Assembly: GCA_043825875.1 (NCBI GenBank)
Contig: JBDRRF010000045.1
Span: 10,668-74,667 of the forward strand
From: Pseudomonadota bacterium
GTDB taxonomy: Bacteria; Desulfobacterota; Desulfobacteria; Desulfobacterales; RPRI01
Direction: 5' to 3'
DNA length: 64,000 bases
Shown here piece after piece: positions 19,312-29,466 of the stretch. The number at the start of each line of letters is the position of its first letter. The first letter of the stretch is position 1. Made by a program: the position numbers and the translations under genes. The notes beneath the pieces were generated by a model. It saw nothing but the letters and a program-made list of their open reading frames with translations, was not told the origin of the DNA and made no database searches.

Positions 19312-20394
19312 ATGAATGTTAAAAATAAAAAAGAACATTTAACCGAAGAAGATATCCTTCTATATTGCGATAATGAATTATCACATGAAGAGAAAACACG
19401 AATACTTCATCATCTTGATTTTTGTGATAGTTGTAAACAGTTGGTTGATAATTATAGATCATTTTTGAATATTATGAATGACATGATTCCGAATGGTCTA
19501 TATTCAAAAAATAAGGAAGATTGCTTAGGATATATGGATATTGCCAATTATATCGAAAACAATATATCTCATAAAAAGAGAAAAAAAATTGAAGAGCACT
19601 TGAGTACTTGTGGCTACTGTTTGCACATTGTAATTGAGAGTATGCTTTCTCTTAAAGAAAACGTTATTGAAAAGGAACCACAATTTTTATTAGATAATAT
19701 TATAAATTCCATTTTTATTAGATTGCGCGAAGAAAAAGCTAAGATTTTGTTGAGTGACTTAAAGAGCTTTACCGAAAAATGTCCACTAAGTATTCGTAGT
19801 TTTTTTATTGAAAAAAAATCAAATATAGAAATTATTATTAAAAATACTTTTGCCTTACCCACACCACGGTATGCATTTGTTTTTGGTGAGCATAGAGCAA
19901 ATGTTTTAAGTCCTTTTGGAAAAGTCCGATTTCCAGTGGTATTTAAATGGATTCCATTTGAAAAAGCAGATAATTATATAGTTTCAATAGATGATATTGG
20001 CTGGGAAGGATACACTTCAAAATCAAAAATTAAAATTTTAGAAGAAGAAATCAAAATAAAATATAAAAATGAATATATGTGGCGACTAAAAGTTAGAAAA
20101 GGAGATGAAATCCTTGATGAAATAACAGGTTTTATTCAAATTGCCACAGAAGAAGAAATAAAAGAACTACAGCATATTGAGATCTATTTAAAAAATATTG
20201 AGTCAAAGCACAACCGGTTGATGATTTGGGCTATAATTCTTGAAGAAAAAGAATTTTATATAGAGGCAATACAGAATTACATAAAAGCTTATGAAATAGA
20301 TCCAACAAATGGTTTAGCATTCAGAATTGCTTATTGCTATGATTGCTTGGAATTAGAAGAACTCCGGGATGAATGGAATAAAAAAATTAGATAA
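19312..20394 (+). CDS. Anti-sigma factor with two zinc-binding HxxxCxxC motifs and a C-terminal TPR
   Basis: HLDFCDSC and HLSTCGYC; beta-rich middle region (LSPFG..VFKWIP..YMWRL); TPR-like end (EAIQNYIKAYEIDP); no clear TM. Confidence 0.8.
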   Translation: MNVKNKKEHLTEEDILLYCDNELSHEEKTRILHHLDFCDSCKQLVDNYRSFLNIMNDMIPNGLYSKNKEDCLGYMDIANYIENNISHKKRKKIEEHLSTCGYCLHIVIESMLSLKENVIEKEPQFLLDNIINSIFIRLREEKAKILLSDLKSFTEKCPLSIRSFFIEKKSNIEIIIKNTFALPTPRYAFVFGEHRANVLSPFGKVRFPVVFKWIPFEKADNYIVSIDDIGWEGYTSKSKIKILEEEIKIKYKNEYMWRLKVRKGDEILDEITGFIQIATEEEIKELQHIEIYLKNIESKHNRLMIWAIILEEKEFYIEAIQNYIKAYEIDPTNGLAFRIAYCYDCLELEELRDEWNKKIR

Positions 20395-20500
20395 TACGTT
20401 TTAAAAAACTATATGGCGTTGTTGCATACATAGCATTTTTGGTGCATCCATTTTTAGCTTAATAGCTGATGATCTTCATAATTATATAAAAGCTCTTTCA

Positions 20501-22174
20501 ATGAAAATAAGAAAATCAAATAAAAAAAATATCATTTTTTTTACTAAAATTATATTTTTTCAATCTTATATTGGCATAGCCTCTTGTGTTTACTATTTAA
20601 TTGCTGCTGTCAAAAACTTAATTAAATACTTGCCATCTCTTTCCAATAAAAAAGACCTTAATATAAATTGCATTCCCAAAGCACGTTCAGAAATATTAAG
20701 AATTCTAAAAATTTTAAAAACCAGTCAATCTTTAGAAAATAAATTGCCATGGCTATGCAAAAAAAATGAATTTAGCCTTAAAGAACTAATAACGATTAGG
20801 GTAAACTATATAAAGAATACGTGGAAATCGTATTTCTCATATAACATTTTTTTTCGTGAAGATATTAAAAATATTTATCGGTGGGGAATTTTATCTTCTT
20901 ATCCAGACCAACCAATTCATTCTTTTTTTGATTTTGGAAATTTAATACAGCATTTTCCTGATGATATTAAAAGTGAGTATTTTTCATATAATATAGAAAG
21001 ACATGATCAAAAGAACTTAAGTTTTATAGGGAAAAATCCCCCAATCTTATGGGATATTCTTCAGCATGTAGTGGAATTGCAGACAGAGTGGGCAGGGGGT
21101 CTGTTTTTTCTGCCTATATCATCAACTTCAGAAAAAGATTGTGATGATGCTTTTTATAAACCTCTATATCGTTTCTCGGTACATTTGATTGGTGGATTAG
21201 TGATTATTGCTGAAATGCTTTCTTCTATTGAGTCAGGTTTGGCATTTACTTCAGCATACTCAAAAAAGTTATCTGCAGATATAACCAAATTCTTTAATAA
21301 ATTGGATGAGCCTAAAGTGTTATTAGCAGATTTGATTTTTATTCATAGCGCTGTCCAAAAAATCTGGCTAATTATAAATGGGCGGTCAAAGGATGAAATT
21401 ACAAAATTTAACAATCGTAATTTAATTTATAATACTGATATTATGAACTTTAAAAAAAAATTTCCTATAGCCGAGCAGTTTAAAAAATTATTTTTAAATA
21501 ATCCTGTAACTATTTTGTTATTTTTTGATTTTTTATCCGATTTAAAATTGTTAAATCCTTTAGATAAAAATCAATACAAGATTTTATGTCATATTTTTAA
21601 AAATGAAATAGATGAAGAAGTTTTATATTGGCTGGCAAACCATACATATTCAAGTTTAATGAACCCTTATATGAAAGAGGGACTAACTTGTTTTGGAAAC
21701 AGGATTGCTCAAATACCGGCGGAACTATTCCAGTATAGAATTAACTGTTTTGGGGTACTTGTTAATACTCTATTTGAAGAACTTGAAGAAAATAAAGAAG
21801 TATTTGAAAATTTTTCGTGTTTTTGCATTTTTTTTTACGACATTCTATTAAGAGATTGGATGATAGAAATTCCTGCTGATGAATTTCCTAATCATCCTCT
21901 TCCAGAGCTTCAACCTGAAGTACTGCAGGATCATTACCCAAATGAAATTGTTGAAAGTGAAACGCTTTTTAGCCGCATTTTAATTTGGTGCAAAGTTAAG
22001 GAAAGTAATTCTTTCAAATCTGCATTTTCTACTTTTCTTAGTCCAATTAATAAACTGATAAATTTTAATAAAAGACCGAATTCAGAAAGCATAAAAGAAA
22101 CCATGGTGAGTTTTAAGCAGATATATAAAAAAGCTAAGCCTTATCTTACAGAACTAATTATTTCAGAAGATTAA
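20501..22174 (+). CDS. Hypothetical protein
   Basis: 557-aa ORF, 2 bp from the next gene; start uncertain. Confidence 0.7.
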   Translation: MKIRKSNKKNIIFFTKIIFFQSYIGIASCVYYLIAAVKNLIKYLPSLSNKKDLNINCIPKARSEILRILKILKTSQSLENKLPWLCKKNEFSLKELITIRVNYIKNTWKSYFSYNIFFREDIKNIYRWGILSSYPDQPIHSFFDFGNLIQHFPDDIKSEYFSYNIERHDQKNLSFIGKNPPILWDILQHVVELQTEWAGGLFFLPISSTSEKDCDDAFYKPLYRFSVHLIGGLVIIAEMLSSIESGLAFTSAYSKKLSADITKFFNKLDEPKVLLADLIFIHSAVQKIWLIINGRSKDEITKFNNRNLIYNTDIMNFKKKFPIAEQFKKLFLNNPVTILLFFDFLSDLKLLNPLDKNQYKILCHIFKNEIDEEVLYWLANHTYSSLMNPYMKEGLTCFGNRIAQIPAELFQYRINCFGVLVNTLFEELEENKEVFENFSCFCIFFYDILLRDWMIEIPADEFPNHPLPELQPEVLQDHYPNEIVESETLFSRILIWCKVKESNSFKSAFSTFLSPINKLINFNKRPNSESIKETMVSFKQIYKKAKPYLTELIISED

Positions 22175-22176
22175 TT

Positions 22177-24063
22177 ATGACGTTACAAAATATAGATAGT
22201 ATCAAGGAAGGTAAAAAATTTGAAAAACTTCAAGAAGTGTTGAGTGAAAGCCTCAGATTTTCAGTGTATCCCAAAGAGTTGATTGATCGATTTGGGATTC
22301 TATCTCTTGATACTATGAAGGCACTTTCAATTTCGGGATATTACATTCCGCTTTTTGCCTCCATCGATATATTTTGTTCTTTTTTTTCACCGTCACTACA
22401 ATACTATCAAAGTATAAATCCACTGCCGGTAAAACATCTAAATTTTAGCAAATTTTATTGTGAAAGCTATATTAGATTTTTAAAGGCAATTCGAGACATC
22501 CCAGCATTACAAAAGATGGCTAATTTATTTTACTTTGAGAAATATAGGTACAAAAATAAAAATAGTGCATCTGAATTATATTTTGATAACAATCTATTCT
22601 ATGAAACTTTTGTATTTATTATAAGAGATATGGCAATGGTATGTCCACTGACAAATATCCAACAAGTATATGATCCAAGTATTATTTCAATTATAACATG
22701 GGATGATTTATATATTCCATCACGTAAAAAATTTGCATTAGAAGAGGAAATAAATATTTTAAAAAGGTTGGGATTTGATAATTTTATTCCCTCTCCCTTC
22801 TCTGGAAATCATAGTTGGGGAAAAAAAATAGATATTCTTCTTAAATCCTTTTTCCTAGTGTCTCAAAATCAAAACACTAAATATAATCAGCCAATACACC
22901 ATATAAACGATCTGGCTAAAGAAAAAAAGACACAAAAGGTTGAGCTGCTTAACAGGAATAAAAAAATCATTAAAGACATTTCGAAAACATCTTATCTCTT
23001 TGATTATAAGCTTATTGACCTTTATATACTTAATGTTGATGATTTCAACCCGAGCGACAAATTGCGAAGAAAAATTGCACAGCTACAAAATATTTCCCGT
23101 CAGGCTATTGAGAAAAGTCCATTTAATACAGAATATACGGATCCAAAAGATAGTGGAGTCATCAACACATTTTACCTGTCGATGGATGACGATTTATTTA
23201 AGCTTAAATATCTTGAGAAGCAACCCATATTCTTTGGCAACCAACCTCCGATAAAAGAGCAGGAAAATTTGGGGGTTAGATTTTGTATGTTGGAAGATAT
23301 AAAATCTATTAGTGAAAAAATCTGCGAGAAAAATCGCTATCGATACCCCCATATAACTGTACATAAGCTTATCTCAATCCTGTTGTGTAGCGACATAATA
23401 AAATATCTTGGTAAAGTACCTGAATTAAATATAATAATGGATCTTATTATTTATACACTTTACTTCGATTCTGAAAAAGAGTCTTCTACTAAAAAAGTTC
23501 GCTTAAGCATGAAAGATCTAATAAATAGTAGGAAAGAAGTGGATCTTACCAATCTCAAAGAATTGCAGGAGAAGCTATTCCTTGAAGCACCGCTATTAAA
23601 AACATATAGCTTTGTACCCAATATTAATAACTATAATATATTATTCAACAGTATTAATGATTCTGATGATTCGTTAATGCGGATGTCGGGATGTAATCGT
23701 GTACTAAATTTATTTTTTGGTTGGGGTGGTTTATATCTGCAGGAGAATGCACTTAATAATTCTCAACAGGAAAAAAAGAATAAACACGACGAAGTAAACA
23801 AAAATGAAAATGAAGAGGAATACAATTTATCCACAAACATAAGGGATATACGTGCTAATAGCCAAAATATTTCACTTTACTCTCCAAACACCTACGTTAT
23901 TGAAACTAATTGTAAATACCTTTTAACATCAGGTCATGGATTAAATAGAACTGTTTTTAAGACTCAGATTAAAGATGATAAGCTATCTAAATTTTTAAAT
24001 AATACAAGAGAATATTTTTTAAACATATTAGTCGATGAAGCCATTGAACGAAAGTGCAGCTAA
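22177..24063 (+). CDS. Hypothetical protein (possibly a degenerate vWA-associated component)
   Basis: 628-aa ORF overlapping the next gene; the family guess rests only on the segment DDDLFKLKYLEKQPIFF. Confidence 0.65.
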   Translation: MTLQNIDSIKEGKKFEKLQEVLSESLRFSVYPKELIDRFGILSLDTMKALSISGYYIPLFASIDIFCSFFSPSLQYYQSINPLPVKHLNFSKFYCESYIRFLKAIRDIPALQKMANLFYFEKYRYKNKNSASELYFDNNLFYETFVFIIRDMAMVCPLTNIQQVYDPSIISIITWDDLYIPSRKKFALEEEINILKRLGFDNFIPSPFSGNHSWGKKIDILLKSFFLVSQNQNTKYNQPIHHINDLAKEKKTQKVELLNRNKKIIKDISKTSYLFDYKLIDLYILNVDDFNPSDKLRRKIAQLQNISRQAIEKSPFNTEYTDPKDSGVINTFYLSMDDDLFKLKYLEKQPIFFGNQPPIKEQENLGVRFCMLEDIKSISEKICEKNRYRYPHITVHKLISILLCSDIIKYLGKVPELNIIMDLIIYTLYFDSEKESSTKKVRLSMKDLINSRKEVDLTNLKELQEKLFLEAPLLKTYSFVPNINNYNILFNSINDSDDSLMRMSGCNRVLNLFFGWGGLYLQENALNNSQQEKKNKHDEVNKNENEEEYNLSTNIRDIRANSQNISLYSPNTYVIETNCKYLLTSGHGLNRTVFKTQIKDDKLSKFLNNTREYFLNILVDEAIERKCS

Positions 24064-26608
24064 TAAAAAGGACATTGTTGTGACAGATCATACTTTGCTT
24101 AAAAGCTTATATTACGCAGAAAAAGATAATCAAAAAGCTTGCATTGCAACAGAATCACCCGGATTACTCATTAATCTGCTACTAAATATAATGCCTGGGA
24201 AAATTTCCACAGTTCTATCATATCCCTATTATACAAACGCTTCTCAAAATGTATATATGATAAAAATACAGGAAATACCTCATGAGGCAATCAACGATGA
24301 CAGTATTGACTTGCACTTAAAGCGTCTACAGTCTTGCGGTAATATTATATATGCAGATAAATCTTTATTTGGAAATAGGCAACAAGGAACTATTGCTGAT
24401 CTTGCTAAGATGCTAGTACCAAACCAAATAGAGATTGAACGCTCATATGAAAATCTTGTTTTCTGGTGTGATGGGGCAAGAATATATAATAATGTTATAG
24501 ATGTTCTTTTTAGTCTAACAGTTAAAAACCTCAGAGTAGCCAGGCTAAAATTTGGAAACAATGAAAGATATTTGGTAAGGGCACAAGGTATCTCTTCGCC
24601 TGTCATTTTATCAAAATTTGGAAATATGGAAGGGCTTACAATGTTTTATAAGCCCTTGGTATTATCTGAAATATGGATCCAGTGGGGTTGGCGATATGAT
24701 TTTGTTGATGCATCTACTTATGAAATTCTTAGAGAGAAAAATGAGACTATATTCATCTTTAGAAACGGTTCTTCAGAAAAAATAAAGTCTGATAGCATAA
24801 ATTATATTCCTCTAATAAAATACATGAATTTGAAATTCGATATGATACAAGTTCATGAAGCAGCCCCAAGAGATTTTAACTATCATATCGAAAGAGAGTT
24901 AAAACTAAAAAAAAACACTCTGACTGATTGGGCTAGGATAGAGATAGAAGATTTACTTCAACAAGAACAGGAAATTAGGGAGAGAATTGAATGGCTTAAA
25001 AATATGGAATCGGTTTTTACCACTCAGGTTTCTTATAAAGTAATGTATTATCCTTTTAGTCCTCACAAAAAAGACCCAATATTTCCAACATATTTTTTTA
25101 GGAAGCAACACCTTCGTCAACTCCGCCAGTTGATGTTTTACTATGGTTCGGTAGGATCATTGGGTGATGGAGTTATGGTAACCACCTGTAGTTTTGTAGA
25201 GCAATCTAAACTTGGTAGATACAATATTGATAAGAAATATTATCCCCGTAGAGGTATAGTATTCGAGACTTGTAAAGATTGGATGGCCTATTCAGGATTA
25301 AGAGTTTTGATTCCCGAAGGATTTGATCTTTATCCTTACCTTGAAGTAGAAGAAGAAGACAAAACGGTTATAGTAAATGCTTTTCTGGAAACTGTAGGTT
25401 GTACAATCAACAGTAGAAAAAGGGAGGATATTAGAGCAAACCCTGAGAGATATCTTTATTTCATTTTTCCAAAACAAACTAATATTATTTCAGATTGGGA
25501 AAAGACAGATCTTGAAGCTATTATAATTCATGAAAAGGAATTTCGCAAATTCGATATCAAAATCGCAAATATGGGTATTCATTTTGCCATGAACGAAGAG
25601 GATAAAAATATAGCAAATCAAATATTTAACAATCATGTTACAGAAAATATTAAAGAACAGTTTAATAGCGTTATTACCCAGTTGACGCAATACTTAGAGG
25701 ATGCTTTTCAATATGAGCGACGTAAATTCAAGAAAAAAATCGAAGAATTTAATACTTATATTGAGAATCAAGATCAAAATTTTAAGGAATCAAAAAAAGC
25801 TGTTAATGATTCTGTTGGCAGGATAAAAAAATCAGAGAAAATCATTACTAGTTATGAAATATATCTTAGTAATTTTGTTGAAAGCTATACTTCAAAGATT
25901 CAAAGTAGTACTAAAAATATTGAAAATTTCATTAATGAGATTAAAGCTTTTATGCAGACGCTTAACAATGATATTGATGCTATAAATAGAAATAATAGTG
26001 AAGAATTAAATACAAAACTTTCTTTATTAAAAGAAGTAAAAAAGAATACATCTGAAACAATAGAAGAAATTATAAAACTTCAAGATAAACGAACTAAAAG
26101 CAATAAATCCTTACAAGAGATCAGAGATCTTGAAAACAAATTTTCGGATAAATATAAAGAGGCAAAATGGAACCGTTTAGAAATAAAAGATAATTTAAAT
26201 AAAATTTGGGAGATTGAAAAATCTTTTGAGGGCTTAAAATTAGAAATCGATAAAATATCTGAGCATATGCAAAAAATTGCTGAATCATCTTACCGTAGTA
26301 GTGTATATTCAGTATCATCAAATAAGCACCATGAAATTAATGTGTGGGTTGATGGTATTATATCGCATATGAACGAATTTAAGACAATGGCCAACAATCA
26401 GACAATAGTCAGCCATGATTTAACAAAGATTATAAATCAATTTAGAGAACCCATTGATCATATTACTGAAGATATTAAAACTTCACTTCCTCATTTAATA
26501 CGAAGAGAAGAGACTATCAACCAAAAAAAAATATTTTTCAAGGAAGCAAACAAATATTTAAAAGAACGTATTTCTAGTATTTATGAACTATATAAGAATT
26601 TTTCATAG
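24035..26608 (+). CDS. Hypothetical protein with globular N-terminus and long C-terminal coiled coil
   Basis: 857 aa; heptad-rich K/E/N/I region over roughly the last 320 aa. Confidence 0.75.
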   Translation: MKPLNESAANKKDIVVTDHTLLKSLYYAEKDNQKACIATESPGLLINLLLNIMPGKISTVLSYPYYTNASQNVYMIKIQEIPHEAINDDSIDLHLKRLQSCGNIIYADKSLFGNRQQGTIADLAKMLVPNQIEIERSYENLVFWCDGARIYNNVIDVLFSLTVKNLRVARLKFGNNERYLVRAQGISSPVILSKFGNMEGLTMFYKPLVLSEIWIQWGWRYDFVDASTYEILREKNETIFIFRNGSSEKIKSDSINYIPLIKYMNLKFDMIQVHEAAPRDFNYHIERELKLKKNTLTDWARIEIEDLLQQEQEIRERIEWLKNMESVFTTQVSYKVMYYPFSPHKKDPIFPTYFFRKQHLRQLRQLMFYYGSVGSLGDGVMVTTCSFVEQSKLGRYNIDKKYYPRRGIVFETCKDWMAYSGLRVLIPEGFDLYPYLEVEEEDKTVIVNAFLETVGCTINSRKREDIRANPERYLYFIFPKQTNIISDWEKTDLEAIIIHEKEFRKFDIKIANMGIHFAMNEEDKNIANQIFNNHVTENIKEQFNSVITQLTQYLEDAFQYERRKFKKKIEEFNTYIENQDQNFKESKKAVNDSVGRIKKSEKIITSYEIYLSNFVESYTSKIQSSTKNIENFINEIKAFMQTLNNDIDAINRNNSEELNTKLSLLKEVKKNTSETIEEIIKLQDKRTKSNKSLQEIRDLENKFSDKYKEAKWNRLEIKDNLNKIWEIEKSFEGLKLEIDKISEHMQKIAESSYRSSVYSVSSNKHHEINVWVDGIISHMNEFKTMANNQTIVSHDLTKIINQFREPIDHITEDIKTSLPHLIRREETINQKKIFFKEANKYLKERISSIYELYKNFS

Positions 26609-26641
26609 TGAATTTCAAGTTAAAAAGGGCAGGATTATTTT

Positions 26642-27286
26642 ATGGAAGAAATAATGAATACTGAACAATCAACTGACTTAATAAATGATGAAGAATTGTG
26701 TAAGTTGGTAACTAATGCAATAGAAAAAAAAGAAACTTTTAAAAATAATATGTCACACTTTATAGGATATACACAAAAAATAATTAATGACCGACAACTT
26801 GAGATACATGAACAAAACAATATCAAAACAGACAGACAAGAAGCTAATAATAATGGGAATAACTGGTCAAATTTAAAGCTTGTTAAAACAAAACATCAGG
26901 TAAAAAACCGGTTTGATGAACTGATGGAAGGGCTTTCTATTATAAATTACAAGAACCTTAGTAAATTTCGTATGGCTGGCAAAGAAGGTGTATTAACAAT
27001 ACGTCAAGATATTAATGTGGTAAAAAAAGAGTATAGAGAAAATTTGGAACACTTAAGTGAAATAAGATCTTTGATAAAAAGATGTTATATGCATCTCGAT
27101 GAATATTTATTGAATAAAGATCTGGCCTGCTTGGCTGACTTATATTTAAAAGAAAAAAATAATGAGTGTGAAATAGATTTGTGGTTACAAGATACAAAAT
27201 GCATAATTAATATGGTTGATATTGTTTATTCATATTTACTAAATAGGGTTGTTAAGACAACTGAAAAAGGATTTGTTGAAGGCTAA
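26642..27286 (+). CDS. Hypothetical helical protein
   Basis: 214-aa ORF with AGGA RBS within the co-directional run. Confidence 0.7.
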   Translation: MEEIMNTEQSTDLINDEELCKLVTNAIEKKETFKNNMSHFIGYTQKIINDRQLEIHEQNNIKTDRQEANNNGNNWSNLKLVKTKHQVKNRFDELMEGLSIINYKNLSKFRMAGKEGVLTIRQDINVVKKEYRENLEHLSEIRSLIKRCYMHLDEYLLNKDLACLADLYLKEKNNECEIDLWLQDTKCIINMVDIVYSYLLNRVVKTTEKGFVEG

Positions 27287-27302
27287 TTAGAAAGATATTG
27301 TT

Positions 27303-28325
27303 TTGAAAGATTTAATAGTTAACTATATCCACAGATGGTGGGCTAAGATTAAGGGGTCTTTTATACTGAGATCCTATAGTGATATTATTTGCGATCTATC
27401 TGGTACAATAAAGAACTTTTTAACAACCATAGTAAAGTTGTTAAAGCAGATTAAACTTCTTCTATTAATTTATTCTAGTGTTACAAAGTGGTTTTTTTCG
27501 TTCTTGTCTTTTATATTTATCATTGCTGTTACTCTCAGTTGTTTGGGTTATGCTTTTGCTAGTATCAGATTAAAATGGTTTGCTTATTTTTGGGACAATT
27601 TAATTCTCACAAGCTATGCTGCTACCAAATTTAACAACTTCTGGTGGATTATTTTGCCAATCTTTATGATTTTATCTTGGGTAGCTATACGCCCTACTGC
27701 TATTCCTTGGAGGGGTGGATGGCAGAAACGCTATAGAATGCTGATGATTACATACATTCTTTTTTTCACTTTATTTATTTTATTCTCCTGGCTGTTCAAA
27801 GCAACTTTAACAGGAACAAAATGGTGTTGGATGTTGGTATTATTTATTGGAGTTCACTTTCTTTATCTACTAAGCATCGCTGTTTTATTAAATGTTATAA
27901 GCAAGATACCCAAACTAAATAAAGAATATACCGAATCGACAAAAAGAATTATTGGCGAGAATCAACCCGTAAAATGTATTTTGGAAATGTCGATTTATGG
28001 AAACCTGATTATGAGAATGGCTGGAAATAGCTTTGATGGAGTGATAGGGGGCATAATTGATAAAATAAATATTAAACGGGGGAGAACTTACAATACATGT
28101 AAAAAATATTTTCAAATGTCATTTCATTTTTTATCTTTTGCAAGGATCTTTGATAGCCTTTTGGGTTGTCCATATTATGTTTACCATTTTGAATCAGTTC
28201 TAAAACATGAATTAAATATAGCAGAAATTAAAGCTCAGGATAGCATGTCTGAACATGTGATTAAAAAGGCACTCAAGGAATATGCTGTTAAAGATATATT
28301 TAATCCTAAAGCTGAGGAAAGATGA
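27303..28325 (+). CDS. Multi-pass membrane protein
   Basis: Four to five hydrophobic segments; ATGA overlap with the next gene. Confidence 0.75.
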   Translation: MKDLIVNYIHRWWAKIKGSFILRSYSDIICDLSGTIKNFLTTIVKLLKQIKLLLLIYSSVTKWFFSFLSFIFIIAVTLSCLGYAFASIRLKWFAYFWDNLILTSYAATKFNNFWWIILPIFMILSWVAIRPTAIPWRGGWQKRYRMLMITYILFFTLFILFSWLFKATLTGTKWCWMLVLFIGVHFLYLLSIAVLLNVISKIPKLNKEYTESTKRIIGENQPVKCILEMSIYGNLIMRMAGNSFDGVIGGIIDKINIKRGRTYNTCKKYFQMSFHFLSFARIFDSLLGCPYYVYHFESVLKHELNIAEIKAQDSMSEHVIKKALKEYAVKDIFNPKAEER

Positions 28326-29413
28326 GCGGTATCCCTGTAGAAATAAAAAAATATATAAGGCTGAAAAAAACATATTGCGAATATCTTAGGGAAACAAAAG
28401 AAGCAAGCAAACTTCTGTGTGCCATTGAAGAATTTGATACGCTCATAGACTATTTAGACAGCTATCAGGAATTAAATAAAATTGCCAGTGCCAAAGATCC
28501 TGACTTATTGATGGAACTAAGGCATGAAAGAGATAATATATTTAAAAAGTATAATGGCTTGATAAAATTATTTGAGTCTTTAACAAACAATAAAATAATA
28601 GATCCTATAATCAATACTCATACCCATATAATTGACAAATACCTCAAATTCAAATCAACAATAAACGAAAGGCGTTTATCACCAGATTTTGAGATAAATG
28701 AAGAAATTTCTGCACTCTTAGAAACTTGTCTTCAAATTTTAAGCAAAGAAAGTTTGAGCAAGCTTTTTGAATCTGCATCGGAATCTATTGAGGCAACACA
28801 CAAGGAATCTTTACATCAATTACCGTATCGATGGCATCGTTTTATCACTTTTCATGATAGGTCGATTTTGGAACAGTATGGTATCTTCAGGGTAAACCAG
28901 TTGGAGAGACATATCCTGTTTGCTGATATGGCAAAAAGAGAGACTACTCAAGATGACAAAAATATTGACTCAATTAATAAAGGCTTTTGGAATAAGTTGA
29001 GGGCATATCTTTTTTCATACAAAAACAATAATAGCAAAGTAGCACTAGATAGTATCTATGAAACTAAAGAACTTGATGAATATTTATTTGTTCGTGATAT
29101 GCGTTCGAAGCTTTTACAAAAATTCGGTCGTTCTATTCCACTAAACATGAACAATTTCATAATTAGGTTTTATAATGAATCTCATTTTTGGGATTGGGAT
29201 CATTTCAATTTAGAAAATATTGACTACCTACGTCTTGGTTTTGCTTACTTCCAGTATGCAATGGAACTGGGACATTATTCAGAATATGTAGGTATTATAT
29301 ACAGAAATGCATTGAAATGTTTCAATAATTACAATCTTATATTACCTCCAGATTTAACGGAAGAATTGGGTTATATATCATATAAAGTAGAACCTGTTAA
29401 TTTGATATCTTAG
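28322..29413 (+). CDS. Hypothetical helical protein
   Basis: 363-aa ORF, translationally coupled to the previous gene. Confidence 0.7.
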   Translation: MSGIPVEIKKYIRLKKTYCEYLRETKEASKLLCAIEEFDTLIDYLDSYQELNKIASAKDPDLLMELRHERDNIFKKYNGLIKLFESLTNNKIIDPIINTHTHIIDKYLKFKSTINERRLSPDFEINEEISALLETCLQILSKESLSKLFESASESIEATHKESLHQLPYRWHRFITFHDRSILEQYGIFRVNQLERHILFADMAKRETTQDDKNIDSINKGFWNKLRAYLFSYKNNNSKVALDSIYETKELDEYLFVRDMRSKLLQKFGRSIPLNMNNFIIRFYNESHFWDWDHFNLENIDYLRLGFAYFQYAMELGHYSEYVGIIYRNALKCFNNYNLILPPDLTEELGYISYKVEPVNLIS

Positions 29414-29466
29414 GCAGAAAATCAGAACTTTAAAGCCATAATAAAATAGAAGCAATTGAGGAACTG

